In this document: in pieces, positions 27,901 to 42,900 of the stretch | Position numbering within the stretch: position 1 is the first letter of the stretch | How the letters are laid out: each line of letters starts with the position of its first letter | Assembly (NCBI GenBank): GCA_021613535.1 | Contig: CP075496.1 | Span: 4,836,001-4,900,000 of the forward strand | Length of the DNA: 64,000 bases | Direction of reading: 5' to 3' | From: Adineta vaga | Taxonomy: Eukaryota; Animalia; Rotifera | Notes under the pieces: model-generated | Seen by the model: only the letters and a program-made list of their open reading frames with translations | Told to the model about the DNA's origin: nothing | Database searches by the model: none | Program-made: the position numbers and the translations under genes

Positions 27901-30900
27901 TATATGTCGTGATCGATTTGTACTGCATTTTGTAAATGAAATATCATCAATAGCAACATCATCTGTCCAAATACCAAAGAAGTCAAGATTTGGCTCAAGT
28001 TCAAAATATATTCTCCATCCTGCACGATTAGCTCCAACATTGACTGTTGCTCGATTCCAACGATTTGCTGGTGCACTTGTTTGTCTCCAAAGTGCACTCT
28101 TATTTGATGATGAATATACTTCCAGTGTACCAGTACTATTACCGACGAGCCAATAATAAAATACCATTTGACATTCAGGACTTGATACCGGTAATGCAGG
28201 ACTGCGTAATTCAGCGAGATCAGTAAAATCACCCATGTCACCAGCAACATGCATATACCTATTAAAAAAAACGAAGAATTCAATCTATTATTCTAATAAA
28301 TGTCTTTCGCAATAATCATACCATCCTGCTGCATTATTTAAAGTATGATCGTAAGCAGGTGCGTGTGATGAAATAGAGACAGCATCACTTGCTCGAACAC
28401 GAGACCATGTATAATATGTCCATGATACATCTTCCCAACCACAATCATCTATTATATAAGAAGAAGTATTAATGATAGAGACATCCCTCAAATAATTCTT
28501 TCTATGATAACTAACCTTTTTCGAAATTACATGGACCACAACGATCCTTTAAAAAAATACAAATTAACATTAGGATAAATATTTTTGAAAAAAAGAAAGA
28601 ATTTTTCATACTTCATCTGAGGCATCAGGGCAGTCAGCAGTAAAATCACAAATCTAATAACATGAATTAAATTTATATACATATAATCATAAGAAAATAA
28701 ATAAATCGTTTACTTTATCTTTATCAATACATATATCAGTTCCAGGACAATGAACTTGATCTGCTACAGGACATACTTTCGGAGTTGTTGTTATAATAGT
28801 TGTTGTTTCAGGTAAATCCGACAATGGAGAAGGTTCACATTCAGGCGAAAAGATTGTATCATCGAGACCAATATCACTTAAGAAACTTGATCCAACAACG
28901 CCTTCAATTAAGACTTGGAATGGTGTCGTATAATTTAATTTTAATTCATGTCGGATCCATGCATTGCCTCGTTCACCTAGAAACAAAATCAATCAAACAA
29001 ACAAACAGATGATGTTTCATACAAATCAAGCTAAATCTAAGTCATTCTATTTACCTGATACACCGAAAACTTTATCAAGTGGACCATTTGAAAAATATCG
29101 AACATAAATATTTAATTCACCCATATCTATACCAAACATATGATAATAGAATACAAGACGACAACCGGCTATTTTTGGTTCGAATGGTCGACTTATTAAA
29201 CGAGCTTTTTGTCCTGGTGTTTGTGGATAAGATGCTTCGATTAATGCATATTGACCTGTTGCATAACCAGTTGTATGATCACGATTTGGCTAGAAGAAAA
29301 TCGTATAAAATTAAAAGTTATCTAAAAAGATTGTATGACATACTCCTGTATCATCAGATGGTGATACACCTCGAACTAATTCCCATTTGAATTCTGTTGT
29401 ATTGTCATGTTTCCAATCGCAGAATGAAATATCGAATGTGCACGTTTGATAAGATGCACATAAACGAGTTGATTCATCAGAATGATCACCGCAGTCATCA
29501 GTCATATCACAAATACGTGATTTTGCAATACATGAACCACGTGAACAATAGTAACGATCGGCTTCTTGACATTTAGTTATATTAACAATAGGTGGTAAAT
29601 GGCAATGAAGTATTTTTGTATCATCAAAAGCAACCCATCCATATGTTGAAGTACGTCTTGAATCCATTGCTATTTGAAATGGTACATCAACACGACCAAT
29701 TTCGATATTAACTTTTGTCCAGTTTGTCATTGATTTATAATGAAATCGTTGTAATGTTGCTCGTTCAATTTGATTACCAGTTAATAATGTAACAGTCAAC
29801 TGACTTGCTGAAGTACCTGTTAGGTAAATCCAAAATTCTAGAAGACATGTGGTACTTGCTTCACGAAGAACTGGTGTAATGAAACGTGCTGGTGCATCAG
29901 GAGTAGTTCCATTGCCTTGTGTTAAATAGATATAGTTACCATCAGATTTGTATGTTGTATGATCAAATGGCGGACCCTGGCCTGCACCTAATAATGTCTC
30001 GTTGGAACCACGTGTCCATTTAAGAGTACCTTTACTAATATCACTCCAACCACATAATTGATTTGCTGTACCTTCGAATGTACAATTACCGCATGAACGT
30101 TCATCATCACCGCCTTTACAATCAACAATAAAATCACACACCTAGAAAGAAAAAGAAATCTTATTTTCAAATATAAAATTTCCTTCAATAAAATTTACTT
30201 TATTTTTCGGAATAAGTGTACCATCAAGACATTTGTACATGTTTTGAGGTGGTGTCGTTGATTGACATGTTCCCGATCGTATACTTAAATCGTCAATAGC
30301 CAAATCTAAAATAAGAATTTAAAATCATTAGAAATAGAGAACGATTTTGATTTTATATTTTCTAATTCATACCACCAATCTTTGATCCAATAACACCTTC
30401 ATAAACAATAGTAAATGTATTCGTTCCATTGACTGTCATATTCGGTCGAACAGTGACTTCTTGTAATACCCAGAAAGATCCATGAATGGTATCAGTTGAC
30501 CAAATTGTAGAATAGACATCTGAACGTGGATCACGTATATAAACATTTAATTGAGCACCGACCGTATTGTTCATATAGTACCAAAATGATACACACTGTA
30601 TACCAACTGGAATAAGTTCAGATTCAATTCGAGCCTTTTTACCTTGAGTAGTTTGTCGACGATCTATCCATAGATAAAATCCTACAAATAATAGAAAAAT
30701 AAAATTTTAGCATATAATGAAACTTTAGTCTTATAAAAAAAAACATACCTGCACGAGTATTCGTCGTATGATCGAATTGTGGTGCACTATATGTTTCAAC
30801 ATTGTATGATGTTCGTTTCCAATCAAAATCAGCTTTCATATATTGATAACCACAGATACCTTGTTCAAAATCACATGAACCTAATGGATCACATGCACCT

Positions 30901-33900
30901 GATCGTATACTAACATCATCAAGTGCTATTGAATCTAACATGCTATTGGTATTATTCAAAAGACCTTCAAAAACTACTTGATATGGTGAACCACTTCGTA
31001 CTGTTATCTGAGCTGCTTTCCATTGTGTGCCTTGAGTACCATGAATTGTATAGAGAATATTTGGATTCAATGAACCAAATGCAAATGTACGCACACGTAA
31101 TGTTGGTGTATTTTCTAATAACATATACCATCGTATACACGAACCACTTGTATCGGGATAGCTTGGTGTAACGAAACGACCAGATAATGATTTTGTAGCA
31201 TCATTTCCTTTTAAGAACATAAAATGTCCATGCGATGAACCATAACTGACATCTGTAGCTGGTATAGATGCATCAGTTCCTGCTTGATGACGTATCCAAT
31301 CGATTGTATTAGTTGGATCATTAACATAACCACATAGATCACTACTTTCAAAATCACATACAGCTAAATAAAAATATATCTTAGAAAAACAATTATATAT
31401 ATTTATATACTAGTTACTTGATATTGGACATGGTCCATTATTAACAGCAAGATCATCGAGACTGATATCACCACGAAAGCCTGTACCAACAATACCTTCC
31501 AACACTAATTGAAATGGTTGACCAACAGCTTGTTCAACATTACCACGTAATTGAATACGACCAAATAGCCATTGATTTCCCTAAACGAATAAAATATTAT
31601 ATATATATATATATATGAGTTAAAAATGATATTAGTTTCATTGTCCACATACTTGATTGCCTTCTTTTTGCCATAAAGCTTTACCGAGATTTCCATCTAC
31701 AGAAAAAGAATGATAGAAAATTGTGAGATCAATTTTTTAACCTTTTGAACATACTTATTCGAGCATAGACGTTTAATCGATAGACATCTGATCCAAACAT
31801 ATGATAATAAAATCGAAAACATTGATCGTCATTTACGACTATCAAATCTGGACTGATTAAACGAGCTGTATCATTGAATTGTGCAGGTGAACTTGTTTCA
31901 ATGTAGATGAAATGACCTTGTCTTGAACCTGTTGTATGATCAGCTTCTGGTCCTGTATCAATACTTGATGTCGAACCTTTTCGTATAATCCATTTAAATG
32001 GTAAAGTTTCATCGTGTTTCCATTGACATGTACAATTACATTCAAAATCACAATCATAGATTGTAGGTGCTATTTATAAAGAGAAAAAAAAAGAATATTT
32101 CAAACGATCTATTATCTCTGTACATATCGTTACTTACGATAAGTAGTTGGTACACTCGGTGTAGTTGATGCTGCCGTTGTATCTGTCGATTGACATGTAG
32201 CATTTGGTGACCAAGTAATATCGTCAACAGCAATATCACCTAAGAAAAGATCGATGAAATGAATTATAATTCGTACTGAGTTATTCATTTCTTATTTTAC
32301 CTTGAAAACTTGGTCCAGCAATACCTTCCACAATAATTCGTACCCATTCTCTATTTTGTAAAGTAACTGCAATATCGGTATTCAATTTTTTCCAGAGATT
32401 TCCTTGTTCTCCATTGATTCGATTGACTTCTGTTTTTGGATTTGCTTTTGTACTTGTATAAATAACTAACGAACCAATATCTTCACCATGCATATGATAC
32501 CAAAGTGAAAAACAACCTTGTCCAATTAAAAGATGTTCACTAATTATTCGAGCTGTATCATTTGGTTTCGTTGGACTTGATGTTTCAATATAGATATAAT
32601 GTCCTTGAGCAGAATTTGTTGTATGGTCTAATATAAGGAGTTAGAAAGATAGAGAAAAAAGACGTATCTAAAACATTCTTACCAACAAGCGGCCCAGTAC
32701 CAAATGAATCTGTTGAACCTGATTGTAATAACCAATCAAACGTGTTGTCTTTCATTTGTACCCAACTACATAGATCGGGACCTTCGAAATCACAATTAAT
32801 TGGTGGTGAACATGAGCCAAGAGTTAAAATAACATCATCAACACCGATAACTACATCAGGAGATGATTTCGAGGCTTGAAACATATAATAGAACGGATCA
32901 CGAAGACCATTGATAGTAACTTGTTCATAACGCCATTCATTTACATAGATATCATTTGACCAAAGTGTACTTTCAATTGAAGAACCACTATTTTGTTTAG
33001 CTACACTTAATATACCTGTTGCTCCATCTGGTCCATTAACAAAATACCAGAATTTCAAACATTCATCACCGACATTTGGATATTGTTTACTGCGAAGTCT
33101 ATCAAATAGAAATATATCGATATTATTTTAAAATCAAACTTTTCTTCTTTCTCTATTCAATCTTACTTGGCATTGTCTTGAGTTGCCATTGCAAAATAAC
33201 CTAAAGATGTTCCTGATGTATGATCTTCATTAATAAAATTTGATAAATTGGTAGCCTGTTGTCGTATCCAACCATTTTCAGGAGTAGATTGAAAGTCACA
33301 TAGATCAAGTTCAAAATTACAAGTACGACTTGCTGGACATTCCGATTGACTGACAAATATATCGTCAAGTGCAATATCACCTTGATAACTTTTATCAACA
33401 ACACCTTCGAATGCGAGTCGCCAGCCATACATATTAGTTGTATTCAAATTTCTTAATGTTTGTGTTGCACGACGCCAGATATTACCTTGTGTACGAGATT
33501 TTGTCCAAACAAGTGCTGAAGAAACACTCGATGAAGTCGTTGTTAAAGTTTGTAAATAAACATTTAATGTGCCAATATCAGCTCCAAACATATGATACCT
33601 ATAAAAGAATACAATGCATATCATTTCGTTTTTATTAGAAATTTTTTTGATTTACCAGAATGTTAAACAACGAGGAGTTGATGTAGGATTTTGATAACCA
33701 GAAAGAAGTCGAGCACGATCATTTGGTACTCTAGTATAAGTAAAAGAATTTCATGCTTTATTAGGAAGAATATTATCAACAAGTTATTACCTTGGCCAGG
33801 ATGATTCAATAAATATATAATAACCGGATCCAGTTGTATGATCTATCGTGACAGATAAAAGAACCTATTAAAGAGAACAAAAACAGATGATTTTTTTCTC

Positions 33901-36900
33901 ATACCAAAGCCTGGTCCTGTATTTGATGTTATTGTTGCTGTGTTTGAACGTTCCCATTCAAAATCTGCACTTTCGTCATGGAAAAAGTTACACCAACCAT
34001 GTTCAAATGTACAATCAATTAGTAAACTAATAAGAAAACAATCATAATAATATAATGTTTATAAAAGAAAACAAATTTTCATACCCAAGTTGAGGTGGTG
34101 CTGATACTTGACAATTGTAGAATTCAATATCATCAATTGCAACTGCATTAAATTCTCCAGGTGATCCGTCAATTTCTGAAAAAGAAAAATAATATATTTT
34201 GTATACTTTTTCTATTTTAACACATTTAGAAACTATTGTATATACCGATAGAAATTCGTTCTGATCGTCCTCCAATATCAACAGTAGCTTGTTTCCATTG
34301 TGCACCAGTTGGTTCATCAACAGTTGCAATATATGAAAATGTAGTGAAATTATTCGATTCTGGTCGAATATAGACCGCGATTCTGGTGCTAGCAGTACTT
34401 TGATCATAATCTAAATAGTACCAAAATTTCAATTGACATTCAACACCAGTAGGACCAATTGTTGGTGTACGCATTGATGCAAATGAAAAACTATCCGATG
34501 CTGGTACCGAAACATAAAATCCACTACCTGTTGTATGATCACTAGATGGTCCTAAATCTGTTTTGCCTGTTGTTAATTTCCATTGAAGATTTGCATATGA
34601 ATAATCTTTCCAACCACATAATGTTCCATTATTATTGTCAAATGTACATGTACCACATTCAGCTTCATCACTGCCGCCAGGTTGTGGACAATCAACTTTA
34701 AAATCACATACTTTAGCTTTATCAATACATTGACCATTTTCGACACACATAAATTCACCTGTAGCTGCACATGGATTTGGTGTTGTTGTACTTGGTATAG
34801 GTGTTGTCACAGTAACTAAATCAACATTTGCTAGCACACAACCAGATGTAAAAGATGTATCATCGATAGCAATATCTCCAGCATAACCATCACCAACGAT
34901 AGCTTCAAGAACAATTTGAAATGGTTTACCCAAAATTACAGGCAGGTCAGTTCTAGTCCAATAATCACCCACCTCACCTTTTTTCGACCAGATCTTAGAC
35001 ATTTCACCACCGTATGTTGATCGAGTATAAACATTGAGTGCACCAATATGCTATTAAAATATTGAAACAAAATCATATAATATTATTAATATACACTATT
35101 GAGACACTTACTTCTCCGTACATGTGCCAATAGAATCTAAATTCACACGAAAATCCAGTACTATTTATAACGGGTGATGCTACACGAGCTCGTTCGCCTT
35201 CATTTGCTGGATAGGATGCTTCAAGAAAAATAAAATGTCCACTTGGTAAACCAAGTGTATGATCCCGTTTAGGTCCTGTTTTGTACGATTCAGTTTCACC
35301 TTGTCCAAGTTCCCAATCAAGATCATTATCTTCATCTTGTGTCCAATCACACATGCCTGTTGGTTCTTCAAAACTACACATGATATTATTCTGACAGTTA
35401 AGCTCATCTGAATTATCACCACAATCATCCCTACAAAGTAAACGATATATTTTTGGTTTTATTCTAAGAAAAAAGAAGAAGAAAAACTTACGTAAAATCA
35501 CAAACACGATCTAGTGATACACAAGCACCACGTGTACATCGAAATTGATTGTCGGTACAATTAGGTCGTGCAGGTGGAAATCGACAGTTATATAAACGAA
35601 CATCATCGATAGCAACTGTTCCATCACCCCAACTTTTTTCTGCTAAAAATTGAAGACGCCATGGTCGTGTGATGCGTCCTAATGGTATAGTAACAGGTTC
35701 CCATTGATCACCATGAGCATGATCTTCTTCCCAGATTTCGATTGAAGTATCACCTTCGAGTAAGTGAACACTAAGAAATTGATGATCAAGCATATGATGC
35801 CAGAATTCTAAAACACATCCTGCAGAACTTTGCTGTAAAACTTGTTGTAATTCAAATGTTGCATCATCCCAGAATAAACCATCACTTTGTTTAACGTACA
35901 TATAAAAACCTCGACCTGTATGTGTTGTATCTAAATAAGAGAATCGAAAATCAAAAGATTGTTAGAATAGGAAAAAAAAGAAGCAGTGTTGAAACTTACG
36001 ATCTACAACGGGACCAAGATGTAATGGTGCAACATTGTTACCTTGATCACGTGTCCAAGCAAAAGGTCCAATACTAATATCTAACCATCGGCATGTACCT
36101 TGTTCAAACGTACAATCTGCACAGTCTTGTTCATCATGACCATTATCACAATCCGTAATAAAATTACTAAAGAAACAAAATATATCAAGTCATTTTTTTT
36201 CTTTGATAAAATTATTTTCTTACCAAACTGATGATTGGGGTATTGTTGTTCCATCGCCGCAATCAAATGGAATTAAAGGTGATGGTGTTGATTCAATTTG
36301 CGAGCATGGTGTTGAATGTATATGTAAATCATCTAATGCTACCGAGCTAGTACTGACAGATGGATTGAATATTCCTTCAAAGAAGATCTATAATATAGAA
36401 GGAAATAAATAAATGTTTCTCTTCAAAGTAAAATATTCTTACTTCAAAATCGCTTGCAATTACAGGTACATCGATTTCTTCTTGTATCCAGTAATCATAA
36501 TGGTCATCAGATTGTGTCCATAATAGTGTTGAGTTTTGATTAGCTGGACGTGCACGTGAATAAACATTCAATGTTGCTGAGTTAGCTAGAAAATAACTAA
36601 ATGTAATACATGCACCACCTTGATATTGATAAGCGAGAAGAATTTCAGAATAAAGAGAAGATGATTGATTTGCACGATTTGATCGAAAATCAGATGCAGC
36701 CCAAAGAAAATGGCCATATGCATTGTTGATTGTTGTATCGGTTGATGGATACGCTGAATTATTGTAAAGTAAACCTATTTGTTTTGATGATAAACGATAC
36801 CAATCAAAATCATTCTTTCCATCAGATGGTGTCCAAGCACATAAATCTTGTTCAAATGTACACGAACCCGGTGGTGAACAAGGTCCAGATGAGATAGAAA

Positions 36901-39900
36901 CATCATCAATTGATATATCGCCTGTAAAACCTGGTCCAACGACACCTTCGAAAACAACCTAACGAAATAGTAAAAATTAAAAAAATGATTAGTAGGAAAA
37001 ATATCGTATATTGTCCGTATTTACTTGAAATTTTCCAGTTGTTTTAATTGTTGCACGTGCTGGTCGCCAAAGATTACCTTGATCTCCACTAAGTGCCCAC
37101 AATGGACGACCTTCCAAAGTTTGACCAACTTTAAGATAGACATTCAATGCACCTGTACTTGCACCCCACATATGATAGAAAAATTGTAAACATGAACCAC
37201 CAGCTGCAACTTTATATTCTGGTGTAATGAGTCGAGCTTTATCACCTTGTTTTTGTGGAGAGCTTGTTTCAATATACATATAATAGCCAATACCAGTTCC
37301 ATACGTATGATCTAAAGTAGATAATAATAATAGAAACATCTAAATAACGAAGAAATCTGTTTTCTCATGTTTGACATACCATTCGTAGCACCTGTTACAG
37401 ATGATGTAGTTGAACCACGATGTCTAGACCATGAAAAATCAGCTGTAGCATCGTTTTGATATCCACATATTGATGCATCTTCAAAATCACATACACGTGG
37501 TGAAGGACAAACACCATTAAGTATTTTTAGATCATCAAGGGCAACATAACCCGTTGAACTCGGTACGACAACGGCTAAATTATAGAATTTCATTATATCT
37601 CTCTACATTTCAAAACATCTCTTGTTCGTTCATACCTGATATAGTTATATGTGCTGCACCATGAATTGTTCCTAAATTAATTGACGTATGTGTCCATTGA
37701 TCTCGTACAGTTGTTCCAGGTCGACTCCATAGAAAATCAGCTTTGGAAGTACCATTTTGCATATAAACATTGAGCATTGTAGTACTTGAAATAAATGATT
37801 GATACCAGAAATCAAGACAGAATGTAACACCTCTAGGTAATGAACGAATACCAAGTGTAGCAAAATAAACTGGACCACCATTTCCTTCGATTGGAACGTA
37901 AGCATATTTTCCATGTATATTTTGTCTTGTATGATCAATTAATGGTGCTTTTCCATAAACTGCTGTTTGACCACTGGATACTATCCATTTCTGATCTGTT
38001 TCTACTTGCCAATCACAGAATGAACCATCTTCAAAATCACATTCATAAGCTGCTGTTTGTGGTGTAACAGGTGCTTGAGTTGTTGATGCCAAGAACGCAC
38101 AAGTACCAGCTTGTGCTAAACTAATATCATCAAGAGCGATATCTGATTCATGACCATCACCCTAAGAATAATTTTTTTTGTAAGATAAAACAAACACTAG
38201 ACTATCAGTTTACTTACCACAACACCTTCAAAGATGAAATCATAATGATCATTTGTTACTGGTAAGTCGACTTTAGCATTTAGCCAGAGATCACCTTGAT
38301 CACCCTGAAATAAAGAAATATTGCATTTTATTTTTTGTATCATTAGCATTTTCTCTATATTTACTTCTTTAGACCATAAAATTGTTGGTTGTTTATCCAT
38401 AATTCGATGTAATACAGTTAAATTGCCTGTTGTATCACCTTTCATATGATACCAAAAATCTAGACAAGCACCTTTAGGTGATTCGACAACTTCACTAACA
38501 AGCCATGCTTTATCTCCAAGTTTCTGTGGTAATGATGATTCAATATAAGCATAATAACCTGCGCTTGTTCCTGTTGTATGATCGATAATTGGTCTAGAGA
38601 ACGAATTACAAAATATATCTATATTCTTCTATTTGATTTATGAACTTTTTATTTACCCAGTATTTTCTGAGAAAGTTTCACCTTGATTGAGTGTCCAATC
38701 GAAGTTATCTTCTTCTTTAGTATTGTAAAATCCACAGAATGTTCCATCTTCAAATGTACAACTTCCTTCATCTTCACAAGGTCCATTAGCTATCATTATA
38801 TCATCAATGGCTATATCACCCTAAATTCAAGACAATACATGATTTTTGTAAATGAAAAAAAATCTTTTCTTTTTTTTCTCTACTTGAAAACTTGAACCAG
38901 CGATTCCTTCGAATGCTACTTGATATGGACTATTACTACGAACAGTTACATGTCCATAACGCCATCGGTTACCAAGATTACCACTAAAGAAAATAGTTTT
39001 CATACTGAAATTCAATGATTCAATTCTTTGTCATACCTCTTCGTCCATAATAATTGTTTTGTATTTGCCATAAGTACATTTAATGTACCAATTGATGCTC
39101 CGTACATATGATAATGAAATTTCAAACATACGGATGATGATGCAGCATACATTGGACTAACAATACGTGCTTTATCACCAGGTTTTTGAGGTGAAGATGT
39201 TTCAATATAAAGATAATAACCACGATCAGTTCCAGTCGTATGATCTGTCAAGAAAAAAAAAAGAAATGTTAGAATGATCTTCAACTCTGATTAAATCATT
39301 AACCTGTTGATGGTCCAGTACTTGGAGAATCTGTAGCTTTTCGTGCTCGAGTCCAATAGAAATCTCCAGTTGTATCATTTGTCCAACCACAAAAAGATGT
39401 TTCAAAATCACACCAAACTGAGGGTGGGCATTCACCATCAAGTAAAAATAATTCATCAACACCAATCTAAATATGTTGTACATATATTTGTATAGATAAA
39501 ATAAATTTCATTCAATAACATACATCTCCTTCCCATCCATTACCAACAAAACCGTCAATTTTCAAGGCAAAATCATATGGAATATCACGAAGATTGAGAT
39601 AAGCTACACGCCATTCTTTTGCTTGCGTTTCATTACGTTCCCAAAGTAGAATTTGTTGTTGACCAGTGGGTGTATTCTGAAGAGCTGAAATTTGTAATGA
39701 ACCAATATGAGCACCCCACCTAGAGAAAAACAAACAAATAGAGAAATAAAAAAGAACTGACTCTCTTCAAATATTTTTATTTACATATGGAAATAAAATT
39801 GAAAACACATATCAGATTTTGCCTTCGAGATGACTGGTGAGATCAGACCAGCACGATCACCTTGTGCTTGTGGATAACTTGTTTCAATATAGATGTAATA

Positions 39901-42900
39901 TGGTGTATTATCTGCGCCTAAAAAAACCATAGGATACAATTTTTGACTTTACTTTGTAATATTTTCATACCTGTACTTGGACCAGTATCAACTGAGGGTG
40001 TACTTTCTGTATGTCGTGTCCAGTTAAATTTTCCAGTTGGATCATGTTGCCATTGACAAAAATTGTTTTCAAATCCGCAGGATATTGCTTGTTGAGAAAC
40101 TTGAATTGGATCGGCATCAACTGGTTGTAATGTACATGAATCTGATGTTATAACACCAATATCATCAATTGCTATATCACCTTCAAAACTCTTTCCACGA
40201 ACACCTTCGATAACAATTTGATAACGTCCATTTGGTTGAATAGGTGCAAAGCCATGTTTCCAATTATTTTCTTGTGGTCCTGCTAATACCCAAACTAATG
40301 ATTCACTAGTGAAATTATTTGTTGCTATTGAACGTAGATAGACACTTAAACGTCCAATATCACGACCGTACCTAATAAAAAGAGAAAGAAAAATTTTGAA
40401 TATATTCATTTTTTTTTCTACTATAAACTTACATGTGATACCAGAATGAAAAACATCTTGGACCATTATCAAGATATACTTCTGATTCTAATCGAGCTTT
40501 CCATCCAAGTAGAGCTGGAGTTGATGTTTCAATATAAAGATAATATCCATTACCCGTAGCTGTAAAAAAAAAAGGTGAAGGAATAGTTCGATTTACATGA
40601 GAAAACAATTTATGTTTGAATCTTTTAACATACTATGATCTCCATTTGGTCCAGTACTTGATGTAACTGTTGTTCCCTTTTGTGCAAGCCAATCAAATTG
40701 ATTATCTGCCGCATTTGTCCATGAACACAATGAACCATCATCAAAACTACATTCATTTTGACGAAAACCACATTCACCTGATTTATAAGTATAATCATCA
40801 AGTGCCACAAAACCTAAGAAGAAAATAACAATCAACTTCATTTTACATTCGTATAATAAATTATACCTTGTCGAAAAAAGCCAGTAATAGTTTCAAAAAC
40901 AATTCGAAATTCACTAGGTGATGTTACTGATGCTTCACCTTTGATCCATGCTAATCCATGATCATAACTTCGTGTAAAGATTGTTCGTTTTGTACCGATA
41001 TTACTTTCTGTATAAACATTAAATGATGTATTTGAACCAACTAATACATAATAAAATTCGACGCAATATGTTGCATTCATTGTCGATGCATACATAGGTG
41101 AATAGAGACGTCCATTTAAGTTTTCACCTTGATTTTCTAAATCGATATAAACATACGAACCACGATTTGTACCAGTAGTATGATCGTATGGAATTGGTGT
41201 TGTACGTAAAACTTCATCACCACCAGAATATGTTTTCCATTGCAATGTGGAACTAGTTGTATTTTGTGTAAAACCACATTGAGAAACGTCAGTAAATGTA
41301 CATGATTCACCGATCGCAGCACTTTCTCTACATATACCTGATGTAAAGATTACATCATCGATGGATACGCCACCAATTGCATTTGTTCCAGCAAGAGCTT
41401 TCAAAAAATGAAGTAAATGAAATGATTTCTTAAATTCTATTTCTCACCTTCGAAAACAATGTTGGCATTATCTTTTGTTGCTGTTATTCGACCGAATCGC
41501 CAAACATCTCCTTGTGAACCTACTCGTGTCCAAATTGGAATACCAAGATTATTTCCCAAAGCCATATAAAGATTAAGAGTACCACCATGACCATATAGAT
41601 GATAATAGAATGTCATACATTGTAAATTACTGAGAAGAGGAGTTTTCAAACGAGCAAAATCATTCTTTTGACGTTGACCTAGATTAGCTTGCATAAAATA
41701 ACCTTGACCAGTATGTGTTGTATGATCGATTGCTAGATGATACGAAATATATTCATATTCAAAATTAAAATAATGGTCATATCGATACATACATGGTGCT
41801 GGTACAGTTGAAGCTTGAACTCTCGTCCAATTAAATCGATTATTCGCCATATTTTCCCATCCATTACAGCTATCAGTTTCAAATGTACAATCATATGGTC
41901 CTAATGGATTTGTTGTAGTAGGTACTGTCGTTGTTGTAGTTGTTGGTGGAAATAATTCTGGATCAGCATCTGCTGGTGTTACGACACATGGATTTTCAAA
42001 AATGCGAAGATCGTCAATAGCTGCGTCTCCTTGAAATGAATCACCTAAAGAACATACACAAATTGAGATGACATACATTGAAGAAAATAAAATATTCATT
42101 CATACCGATCACTCCTTCGATTCGTAATCGTAAGTATGAACTTGAACGAATAGTAACTTGACCATTTAACCATTGATCACCTTTATTACCTTTTTGTGTC
42201 CTATGTTAAAAAAGAATTGAACAAATTAAATCTTATTGAACGAAAAAAAATATTCTTACCAAACCCATTTTGGTTCAAGTGATTTAACACCGTTGATGTA
42301 AATATTGAGTGCACCAATACTTCCATACATGTGATACCAAAATGAAAAACAAGAACCAATTGTTGATGTTGGCATAAGAATAGTTGATTCGAGAATAGCA
42401 CGATCATTAGGTACCCGAGGATGGGATGCTTCAATGAAAGCATAAAAACCAAATTGATCATTATAAGTATGATCAACAGATGGACCTGTAAATGCTGAAT
42501 CTGTTTGACCATGACCAATGAGCCAATCGAACTCATCTAATGGTGCACGAAGATTATGCCATGTACAAAAATCGATTGATTCAAATGAACATGAACCTAT
42601 TACTTGACAAGCTCCATTTTTAATCAGAACATCATCAATAGCTAAGTCACCAAAGTATCCAATACCATATTCACTTTCGAAGACAATTGCATATGGTTCA
42701 TTTGTATATCGAATAGTTATTTCTGCTGCATTCCAGATATCACCAAAATTATAGTTGACTTTCCATATTGGATATAGATTATCAGACGATGCTACACGTT
42801 TGTAAACTGTTAATGCGCCCACATCAACACCATAACTATGATACCAAAACGAAAGACATTGACCATCTGTATCATTCATCCATGGTGACATCAATCGAGC